DNA of 64,000 nt from Balanoglossus misakiensis (lineage: Eukaryota; Animalia; Hemichordata), in assembly GCA_040954595.2 (NCBI GenBank), contig CM082576.2, forward strand, positions 4,500,760-4,564,759, in the 5' to 3' direction. The notes below the pieces were generated by a model. It made no database searches. It had not been told where the DNA came from and saw only the letters and a list, made by a program, of their open reading frames with translations. The position numbers were made by a program, and so were the translations under genes. Numbering within the stretch: the first letter of the stretch is position 1; each line of letters begins with the position of its first letter. Of this stretch, positions 38,701-50,700 are shown one piece after another.

Positions 38701-41700
38701 AGGCCACGAGATATGGGTCAGATGGATAACGTCGTCACTGTCAGATCTCACAACTGGTTGGAGATTTTCTGTCGAAGGTAACGTTCTCTCTCCCCTTTTC
38801 TCATAAAAGTAAGAGTAAAATGCTTCGACAGATCCTCTAGGCCAATTTTCTTCGCATGCTAACCAGGCACTGATAATCAGGAATCTGGAGTATAATAGTA
38901 TGCGCTTCTGTGCCCATCTGGGAGAAAGCATTGTCAAGTCAAATTCTGTAACTCACATTGGTTTTTATATGATAAGTGTTTTTATCAAAATTCGTTACCC
39001 GTTGGATACTTTATACCCAATTTTCGTATAATTTTCGTATAATGCTTAGAAAGATGAAGTTGTTAACATTCTGTAAATTGTGCTTAGAGCCATATATCGA
39101 GAATTAACTGTCGAATATTAATTTGTGAATGCAATGATGTTTTATATGACACAGGTGTTAAATGTGGCGGTCGGTATTTCGTCAACCCGAGATGGGAAAC
39201 CAGAGACTTCGTGAGTCCTAATTATCCTTCCGACTATGACGTCAACACGGAATGCATCTGGTACATCTTCACCACGGATGGCGATAAACTTGCCACTCAT
39301 TTCTCGGCCTTTGAGACCGAGGCGAGTCTCGACGTCGTCACCATCGGCTACGGCGGGGACGCCTCGGACGCCGGCACGGAGGTGGCTTCCGGGTCCGGTC
39401 TGAGAGCGCCTCAAGATTACCTGTTCCCCTCCAACAAGCTGTGGGTGAAGTTCACGAGCAACGACAAGACTGTGTATGGTGGGTTTTCTCTGACCGTGCA
39501 GTTTGTATCGGGCCTCGTTGTGACGACGGAGGAGCCCCCTCCCACGGACTATGAACTGGCAGTCAGGTAAAACGAAATTTCTGGTCTTCTATTATGGAAC
39601 ATATGTTACACTCTCATCTTTGCCGATAAGCTTGTAGATTTCCGCAAATATTATATTAAAATAGATTTTGTCAGTAACCCGACCGTTACGAGAGACACGC
39701 TTTACGAACTAAGTCTGACTCCGTGTTTATTCAATTTATGTTATAGCTGTCTCTCGAATTGTGACGAAGTGGTCAGCCCGGACGAAGCACTGTCGGCAGC
39801 GGCCGTGTGTGCGAATTGCATCAAAGGCGAGGAATACCAGTACTCATGGACTCTCTTCTACACGGCCTCCACGCTGGGAATAGGCGACGTCACGGCCGTC
39901 ACCATTAGCGGTGATGACTTCACCAGCACAGGTAAATATGTTTTCTTGCACTTACCTGACGATAATCTGAAATCAACTAACTGTCCTATTCTGTAAACTT
40001 CCCAATGTCACTTAAACACAAAAATTAACATAGTGACTGTTTTAATTTTTTTTACAAACACAGGAACGTCTAAGCCCTTTATTTACATCAATGCTGGGCA
40101 ATTGGAGCCGGGGCGATTTTACAAACTGAAGGCGAACATAAGTGATTCGGGCGGAGGGTACGGGAAAGCCTCGTGGGGGTTTGTCACCAATGCGCCCCCT
40201 AGCGGCGGAAACTGCAGCGTTTCTCCAAGTTCAGGTAAATGTCTCGTACTTGTAATTTGGTCAGGGATTTGTCATGTCAACACCCAAAAGCTAATACGCC
40301 TGTCAAAATCAGCCTTGCTTGAACCTCCCTATAATAACCTTTTTTCCAGGGTATGCTATCGACACCAAATTCCGCGTGGACTGCGAAAACTGGGACGATA
40401 TCCACACGCCTTTGAGATTTGCAGTCTCTTCCCAACCCAAGGGTTCGTCGCTGTCGTCCTTGATATACGTCAAAGCGGACACGTCGACCACGTTTATGTT
40501 ACCCATGGGCAGTAAGAGCTTCGACTACGAAGTGGACATCACGATAGAAGTGCAGGATTCGTTCCTCTCAAAGGCAACCGAACAACATACAGTGACGGTA
40601 AGCATTCAATTCGTTTGCTGTATGAGACAATAGGGAACCATCTTTTAGAGTGTTCAGTGTTTTTTCAGGATTGTAGATGTTAGATACCGGATGCACAGAA
40701 GAGCAATACTATCATAATGGTCTAAATTTTATATAAAAATGCGTGTGTTTCCGATTATATTCTTTTCAGGTTCAGATTATGTCAATTTAGCTGTGAATAG
40801 TTGCTTAATTTTTTTTGCTAAATTGTGTTACTTTTCCCCCCGAAATCAAAGGTGGAGCCGCCATCCCTTACTGGAGACGATCTGGCCAGCAGTTTACAAA
40901 ATTTGACAAGTGGTGAAAACAGCATGTTGGGCTCATTGTTGTCCGGAGGGAATAAAGATGCCGCTGTGTCTCTCGTGGTGACGGTGGCGTCTGTCCTGAA
41001 CGTTGGATCATCGGAAGGAAAGGTTCGTGTACTGGAAAGCCTTGGTTATTAGAATTTGTATGGTGCTTCAATTTGTAACAGCACACATTCAGCCAACAAA
41101 GTCAATGACACGTTGATGCATTCATATTTTTTTCGCATATTTTTTTATTCTGTAGAGCGCAGAAGAAGTAGCTGCAGAAACGAATGCTCGGAAAGCGGTA
41201 AGTTGGCGGGAAAAGGCGATTCTGTCTCGGAACGTTGAATGGTGCAATATTTCCAATTTCTGGAATATTAAACCCAAACTGCCTAGGTTCTTTACAAACT
41301 AAATTGACTGCTCAAAACAATTTCTGTGACTTTCAGTGCTTTAAATGTGACATTTCTTTTGAGGCTGCGAAAGAATGCATTTTTGGAATCGTCTGTCACG
41401 GTGCCTTGCCCCAGCCTTATAGTAAATATGTCGTACCTTCTATGTATCCAGCTTAGGGAATCCATACTCAAGGATTTATCGTCTATATCACAAAGCGCTG
41501 GATCAGTCGACGAAGTCTCGCAAATGGCGAGCGCCGTCGTAGCTATGACGTCAGTGCCAACTGAGCTTACAGAAGACAGCCAGGTACGTAGTATGGCGCA
41601 AAAGCACGTAGACATCGTCTGATTCAATTTAGGGATGGAGTGATGGGCTATATGAAAAATTTTACACGGGTCGTGGAATGTCAGGAGAAAATTAGACTCG

Positions 41701-44700
41701 TCTCTTAACCACCTTGTTTTAGGAACACATGCGCTAACTTGCCAGTAAATTCATTCATTTACGGCAAGGTTGGAGCTCGATACAGCCATATTTAAATGGA
41801 TGAACATATTGGTAATTTGCCACACTTTATTTTGCAGGTAAACTCTGCGTCATCGATGGAAGCCCTGTCAGGCTCCCTGTTCAACATGAAGAATAGCTCA
41901 GAAACTAGCATATTGTCTTCTGCAAGCGGTAAGTGAAAACGGCAAAAGGCGAAAAACTTGTTTGACTAAAAAGCGTTCCAATGTAACCCGGGCATCTAAA
42001 TCATCGCTTGATATTGGCATTATCAATTAATTTATTTTAAGCTCAAAGGTAACAATGCTACTTTCTTGTTATCAACCAGCAATATCCGATGGCATAGGCA
42101 ACGTGTTGGCCTCCTCCATGACATCAAGTACCAGCGGAGAGCAATCATCGACGGCCGCAGCATCGGTAAATATTTTATGTTATCTGTGATGTATTACCAG
42201 TTTTGCTGGATGTTCACATGTACTATGATTGTGGAGACGTTCTCTGGGCTCACCTCTTTTGTTTTCGCGCCATCTGCAGAGTTCAGCGATCGCGAGGAGC
42301 GCGGTGAACAGCGTGAACTCCGTTTCCAAGGCCGTCCTCAGCAAGAGGGTGCCCGGCCTGGCACCTGTCGTTCTCAATACGTCATCAGTGGCCATCCAGC
42401 TGCAGAGAGACGCGCCGTCGGATATCGGAGGGAAGTCTCTAACTTCCAGCAGCGGCGGGAACTTCAAGCTGCCGTCGGCGGACACTTTGTTCGGAGCCGG
42501 GGCTGCCAACAGCTTCGTTGACACTCAGGTATGGCTTTATGGTTTGAAATTCCATTCTATTACACGGAGATATTTCAACACGCGCGTGCCGAATGTTGAA
42601 TTTTGTGACAAGCTTTTCCAGGTGGCCTAAGGTGGGCATGCGTATTTCGAAACCGTTTTTGAAGGTCGCCACGAACCCCCGGCATCACGAAGCGCATTGT
42701 TGACAGGTTCATATGTTAAGAAAAATAAAATGCACATTCTTTCTGTTAATATATATCAACAGTTTACTGCTTTCTCCGGCAATCCATTCAATTGGGACAA
42801 CACATCTGCAGACATCAGCTCGCCAATTATTTCGCTGTCATTTAATGACGACACTGGTAATGGCGTCGATGGTGAGAAACGTTCTTATTGTACTGTTTGG
42901 TTGAGATTGCAAGCTCCACTTATATTACATTGAAATAAGTATTGTTTGTGAGCCATCTTTTATAAGGTGAAAAGTACGTTTAATTTTGCTTTTTCTCTCA
43001 ATATCAGTATCGGGATTGTCGGAACCAATCGAATTACGTCTACCTATCAGCGGCGAGCTGCCGGAACCGGAATTGTTGAACGTGTCCACTGTAGACCCGG
43101 ATGTTGACTTGTACTACTACACATTGCAGGTAAAACTTGGAGTATATTTAGTGTACAGGATCTTCCTGCCAAAATGGAGTAACTTTCTTAAAAGCTGGTA
43201 CATGTACTTAACATTTGAGGCCCTGTGATGTTTTTTTTATTATTACAAGACAAGCAATCATTACAAGCATGTAATACAGAAAAACTTTCTCGGTTGCAAA
43301 TGGCGAAATGTCTTGAAACGTCGGTTTCGAGAAAATCTACCTCTAGACTTCATAAAAATATAGGATTTTTTCATGGACAAATGTTTTTATTGACTGCAGA
43401 TACCAAAGGCGTACACAGCGATCCATTTCCGAATTTTCCCGAACGAATCCTGGCACGATGTCAACTACACGATATTCTTCAAACCCGACGATCTACCGTC
43501 CAAGTCTAGTTACAACTACTCGGGAACATTGCCTCATTTGGAATATGAAAACGACACCAGCATCGACGAATACTTGAGGGAAGAATACACCAACACGTTT
43601 TTCGTGCCAAGCGATCAAACCCCGGATCCGGGAGTGTACTATTTTGCAATTTATTTCGAGTCAGGTGAGGGCGCATTTTTACAAAGCATCCGCGCATGGC
43701 AACAAGCTGACGTAACATACTGACGTGTTCTGTTCGTTGATTTGAGAGTTACGAACATGGTTTTCCAGGTTTATAGTGAATCCTATATAATCTAATTTGA
43801 TTCTTTATCGTGTCATAGACAATATAATACTACATATCACATTGCACCCGATAGTTATAAATATATTACTTTTCGGTCGCGTGATTTGATTAAATGCGTC
43901 TACAGAGTCGCGGAAAAGATTTATATAGGTCAAGATGGATTGCATGATTGCATTCGGGTAGAAAGCACGTTTTGTATCGAAGCTGATGTCATTGTATACG
44001 CAGTTAGAATACGAGCGTTTATACACTTATTCACAAACACATTTCAGGCACGTTGAACATCTCGGTGCAGATCTTCACATCCGGGTGTCGATACTGGGAT
44101 GAAGTGGAAGAAGTGTTTAAAGGAGATGGCTGTCATGTAAGAAGAGTTTTTCTTTCTTTCTTTCTTTCTTTCTTCTTTTTTACGTTTTATATCGGTATAT
44201 AGATTTTATTGTGTGGTTTGTCTGTTTCTGAATGAATACTTTTGAGAGATCCTTTCCCAGGATACCAACTCATCGCCAATCACTTTCATCCACAGGTTGA
44301 CAACCGGTCAAATTCCCTGGAAACCATTTGCCAGTGCACCCACCTGACGTCATTTGGCTCGGACTTCGTGGTCCCGCCGAACACCATCGATTTCGGCGAA
44401 GCGTTCGCCAACTTCGCCAACCTCAGCGACAACGCCTCCGTGTTTTCCACGGTCGTCGCCGTCTTCGGGTTGTACGTTCTGATTGCCATTTGGGCGCGAA
44501 GGGAGGACAAGAAAGACGTCGAAAAAGTAGGTCGCCATGCCCTGCGTGTCTGTCTCTCCTCGTATCTGCACTTTTTTTTATTATTCAACATCAACGGTAA
44601 TATAAACACCGCAGACCGGTGGGACCTCCGACACACAAACGCTTGGATTGTATATTTTGTGACTTCTCACGCGATCACGTGCTGAGACCTACTTTAACAT

Positions 44701-47700
44701 CCAGGTGCATGCTATATAGAGCGATGTCTGTGTGTCACTTTCTCGTGTCTTTTCAGCAACACTTAACATTATGTCGTTCTCTTCAAATTCAATTTTGTTG
44801 GTGAATGTTTGAGGGATTCATTTTATCTGCTTGCTTGATTGATTGATCGACTTACTATCTGACTGGCTGAGAAAAAAGACATTCTCTTCAACTATTTTTG
44901 CCTTTTAACAAAACTTTGTGAAAGTCGTTGAATCCCATTCTTTTCTCTCTTTTTTTTTCCAGTGGGGTATAACGCCATTGGCAGACAACAAACCTGGAGA
45001 CAAATACCTGTATCAGATTTCTGTTTACACGGGCATGCGCTCTGGTGCTGGCACCAGATCCAAGGTGTTCATGATCCTGAGCGGCGAGAGGAACGAGAGC
45101 GAGGTTCGGATATTGTCCGACAAGAAACGAAAGGTGCCGAAAACTTCTAGCTTTTGATCATGGCATTCAGAAGTGCAAAATGTTTCTATTTTCGCTCTCA
45201 CGATCCGTGTCTCGCAATCGCACAACTTTTTGATGGTGTTGTGGTGCAGTATGAATTACCTCGTCAATTATCAAGCACCAAAAGTTCATTCCATTATTAA
45301 GACGGATATTCCTATTTGCTCAAACACACATATGACTCGAAAAAATAAATCGTTGTTATAATATTACTGCTTTCCACAGGTGTTTCAAAAGGGCAAAATC
45401 TCCAGCTTTCTGATGGCAGTACCGTCATCACTTGGCGACGTCTCCCGTGTTCGCATCTGGCATGATAACAGCGGTAGAGGGCAGAACGCGTCCTGGTATC
45501 TTAGTAAAGTCGTGGTTCAAGATCTCCAGACGAAAGAAGTGTAAGTACACGCAGTCGCCGCAGACAGATATACAGTGGACGATAACGCCAAATAAGGAGA
45601 GCTAATTAAATATTCATGAGTTAAGCGTGGCTAACTTGTCAGTTAGCTGCTTTCGGTAGCTCCATACAATGTAGCGTGATACATGTATACTACATGTTGA
45701 AGTTGACATATGACAACCATCTGCGTTTCAGGACGAATTTTCTCTGCGAAAAATGGTTAGCAGTCGAAAGGGGAGACACGCAAATCCAGCGAACACTGTC
45801 ACCGGCCACGGACAAAGAACTGACCACTTTCAAGCACCAGTTCTCCAACAACGCCAAGAAAGACTTCACCGATGGCCACATTTGGTTTTCCATTGTTTCG
45901 CGTCCTTCGCACAGCAGTTTTACGCGAGTGCAGAGGTTGTCCTGTTGCCTGTCGCTGCTCTACACCACCATGATCGCCAGCTGCATGTGGTACAAAAGCG
46001 ATGAGACGGAGGACGGAACAGCAACAACAACCACCGATCATGTTCTCAAAATAGGTGAGCTATTTGGAAATCTCGTACTTTTCCCTGCCATTCATTGTAC
46101 ATATACACACTTCAAACACTTTGATTTTATGATGATTCAATCAGTAAATCAATTAACTGTTTTATCCCAACTTGGCCGGCAAGTATACGTGTAACAGTGA
46201 CATAAACAATACATTCATCACTTTATTTTCTTGGAATTGCAGGTCCAATTACATTCAGCTTACAAGCCATCATGATTGGCATTATGAGCAGCTTGGTTGT
46301 GTTCCCCGTCAACGTTATCGTCATACAACTTTTCCGGAAGAGTCGCCAAAAACACGCAGTGACAATCTCATCCATGATTAAGAAGCCGAACAGGGAGAAG
46401 TATAAACAACAAGAGGTGCAACTGCCAGATGGAAACGCGGGCGTTGGTGAAAAGAAAGCAGAAGGTGAGTTTTGGGCCGTACGAAGTAAGGCTGTAGATG
46501 AATCGATCGGGCGTCTACGTCTCGGTGAAAACGCCGCGGCCACAGAAAGTAGCGACGATAGTCGGTTGTACAGCGCTACCGAGAGAGGAAGTCGCATGTC
46601 GAGTGGAAGAAGCAGACGCAACAGCTGTCCGTCTCGGTCGAGTGCGTTCGCCACCGACGGCGTCGACGTGGTGAACGAGGTTTGCGGCGACAAGCGGTCT
46701 CTGTTGGGTAAAGCGCCGGCAACGAGCGAGACGGGCCGCGGGGACGAACCCGAACCCGTACCCGCGTCCGTGCCTTTGCCCAGTGCGATTGCGCAGTACA
46801 GAAACTTACGGGCGAGGCGACAGAGCTGCCCAGCGGTGTCTGCCAGTACGCTGATCATTGAAGATCTCGAAGTGGAAGACGATGTGGAGGAACCGACCTC
46901 GAAGGGCGGAGACTCGGAGGAAGAAGAGGAGGAGGAGAAGGGGGATGGAGTTTCACAGCGCGGTGACGAAGACGCGCAGACGCCAAGTGACGAGAAAGAA
47001 AAGGAAGAGGTCAAAAAGAAGAAAAAGAAACCCTTCATGTTTCCCTATTGGTGTATCTACATCGGATGGGTCCTGGTGTTCCTGTCGTCAGCTACCTCGG
47101 CATTCTTCACAGTTCTGTACAGCATGCAGTGGGGGCACGAAAAGTCCTTGGAATGGCTGATTTCATTCTTGGTGTCTTTCTTCGAGAGTATCTTGGTCAT
47201 ACAACCAGTCAAGGTGAGTGAAACTACCATACACTGTTTCAACATCTAATGCGTCTAACACGTTATCATGGCAGAAATCTGTGTATCATTCATTAAATCA
47301 AATTCAACTGGCCAACTTTCATGCAGGGTGTTGCCTTAATGCTCTCTTGAACTTATAACGTGAAAATCTCACATCTGCATGCGTTTATTACCTTACACAC
47401 TAGGTTCTTTGCATCGCCGTTTTATTGGCGATGATTATAAAGACGCCAAACTTGTCTGATGCGACCGGATATGACGTGCAGCTGGGCGAAGACGAGGAAT
47501 ATTTACATGACGACGATTTCGACGATGAAGGTAACTTACTCTATCATCTCCAAGGTTACGCTGACGTCACTACAGATGCATGCTGGTTATCAAATTCACG
47601 GAGTGAACGCATTTATTACCACTCCCCTTTTGGAAATTATTTGCGAACATGTTTTGGTCTGCGTTTGAGTTCATTTTCAACCATGATAATGTATAACATT

Positions 47701-50700
47701 GCCGTTCATGAGTTGAATTTGGCAAACGGACTTCGTCTTCAAACAACGCGCGCGCCCTCATCGGTTCGTCATGGAATGGACTGAAGCAGGGTGCAAAACG
47801 ACCCACTTTTTAATTATTTTGCTGAAATGTGTCCAGATTTAAGGCTGTTGTAAGTTGGGAGCATGCATTCATTTGTTTCTGAAGATTTCTCTCAGACATA
47901 AGCGAATGGTGCTTCCTCTAAAGCAATAATGCGTGCTAAGTTACCGAACATATATCCTCTTAACTTCTTTTTTCAGAGTTGATCAAATACAAACCGCCGC
48001 CACCTCCTCCCCAAGACCCCCCGAGCGAAGAGGCACTGGAGAACGCCCGCCTGCAGAGAAAGAAGGAATCGGAGATGTGCGAAATCATCCGCGATATAAC
48101 TGCATATTCCTTCTACCTGCTATTTCTACTGATTATTGCGTACGGCAACAGAGATTTGATTGCTTTCTATTATCGTAAATCTCTTGATGACAGCCTGTTT
48201 CAAAATAACCAATTCCTAAATGTAAGTAAAAGTGAAAATTCTTGTTTCTAATTGACCGATCGTGAGACTTTAAACAGAGAAGTCGAAAACGGACGTTTTG
48301 ATGGGGACATTGTTTCAGAAAGTGACCTTGACTGTCTTTTTAATTTGCAGATCGAAAACGGATTTAATTCTTTCTATACATGGGTGAACGTGGTATTCTT
48401 ACCAGCGTTGTATCCCCAGACATCATACAACGGCAATAATCTAACCTTACCCGTCATGCAGTTCTTCTCCGATATGGTGTCCTACAGAGTTGGTTCACCC
48501 AGATTCCGTCAACTGCGCGTGCAACCAGGTGAGATTGAATCCCATACCACAGTCCCTCGGACTGTGCCCCCTACCCAGAATACATTGCAACAAAGTCATC
48601 ACGTGACTTTGAACTGTTAAAAAAAGACAAGAACGACGGAGACTCAAGTAAAACTAAATTTGTACGAAGAAGTAAACCAAAAAATCGTCAGTTCTGTTGT
48701 ATTGACCGACTTTGGAGAGATTCACCAGTTTATTTTATTTCCCTTTTTTCGATAAATCTCAGTTTCACTGAGAAAAGTCGCCCTTCTTTTGGCGGCCGTG
48801 ATGTATGAATGGGAGACACGTCTCATTAGTTGCTGTTCGTTTTGATCCCTTCATTTTGACAGCACGCAAATTACCACGCGCAACCGTGACATTATCTGCG
48901 ATAAATATTTTATGAATCGCCGGGGAAAAGATGAAATGCGCAAATGAGGTAACATGGCAGTGGAGTTATCGTGTTGTCCCGCGTGGGATTGCGCTCACCA
49001 GGGGCAACGGTTGAATTATTGCAAGACAATGCAGCTGCCAATTGAATATTTACGGTGACTCTGGTTTCTGACTTTTTCCCGCCGGGACGACTCTCTTCAC
49101 AACTCAACTTGGTTTTTACCTCTTTTAGGTCTGTGCGACGTGTTGAATCCGGTCGGCGGCGTCGTGGAGGATTGCATAACAGAGTATTCGTTCTCGGTGG
49201 CCGACAACCAGTCCTACTTCCACGGCTGGTCCTCTGTGAATAACACAGGGTACAGCGACGATGCCTGGCGATACAGATCCTTATCTGAGCTCGAAGGTGT
49301 ACCAATTTATGGCGTAAGGAGAATGTTTGGAGGAGATGGCTACGTCGCTGAGTTAGGCAAGTCCTTTTTAAGTAGTTTCAGATAGACTGCCTGTCGGGGA
49401 CAGATCTTTTTATTGAAAAGCGGAAGTATTTTAAATTCAAAATGGCTGCCGATCTCTAGACCAATACTTTCAATTCAAAATGGCTGCCAAACTCTAAGCC
49501 ATCATTTTAAATTTAAAATAGGCGCCGCAGACTTAAGTTCGAGTCCGCTTTTCAGTCTCATGCAAATTCCCCTGACCCAAGTTTGAAGTCAAATGTGCTT
49601 AGTTTCATTCGACTTGTCTCTTACACAGGGTCGAGCTATTCAGAAGCAAAGTCAACCGTCGACTACCTGTTAGATGCCCGATGGTTAGACCGGCACACAA
49701 GGGCTGTCTTCGTTGAATTCTCACTGTACAATCCGAATATTAATTTATTCAGGTAAGTGTAGTATCAACTGTTGATGTTGGTGTTTTTATATGGAAAATT
49801 TGCCTGTCTGGAACCACCGACTGGAGAGGCAATTTCTAATCCTACACGACCGGGTCCGTGTTGGAATATGATTTGTAATCTCTATAAGTGGATGAATTCC
49901 ATCTTAGTAATCGTTCGATCACGATTGCTTTTACGACCCACTCTGGTGGGATTGTACGCAGTCCTGATTGCCGTCAGCAATTTGATGGTTTATCACATAC
50001 ATAGCTCCGCATATACCATAGTATGACGTCAGACGTAGGTAAATTTGCACCGAGCATTATTGTAATACCCATCCCTCTGACGTCACCAAACGGAACTATT
50101 TTAAACTTGTAAACAAAGTCCTCTTAGGGCGACAAAATTCAGTTCAATTGTTCGTTTTATTTCGATATTAAAAATAAGCAAAGATAAATAAAATGTTTCG
50201 TATGTGTAAATATGGACGATCGACGATTAGTTTTACCTGTGTACATTTTTATCGCACCAACCGGCACCAAAACTGTCGCGAGGTCGTCAGTGCTGAGCCA
50301 ATGTCGTCGCGTTGTCGAACGAGCGACAGGTACAAAACTGAGTATTCGCAAAAATTTTGATGCGACGATTAGAGCAAAACGGTCTAGTCATAAAGCAAAA
50401 GGCATAAGAAAGGTTTCCTGCTCCAGTGAAACCGTGACGGACGATGAAATCCAGCTGATGCGCGATAGACGGGTCCTCGCCAAAACCAGAATCGTCCAGG
50501 TCGTGACCTGAGTCACCTGACAGATAGACCGCATAACATCGATCTTCAATTTTGCACAAAATAGTTCCAAATTTTATCGCAACCACAAAGAGATTTATTT
50601 GAAAATAAAAATTAGCGGATCTATGTATGTGATAAACATATAATTCCCCCGTATTCCTCACTCGTGTACCTGCGTCGCGAACTCGTGATTCCCCGTATAG

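Noticed and set aside
46223-47038. 271-aa minus-strand ORF
   Set aside because: Antisense shadow of the GC-rich polycystin exon.
49430-49530. Repeat-spacer-like units suggesting a CRISPR array
   Set aside because: Eukaryotic intron, only three degenerate units, mutually similar spacers and no cas genes.
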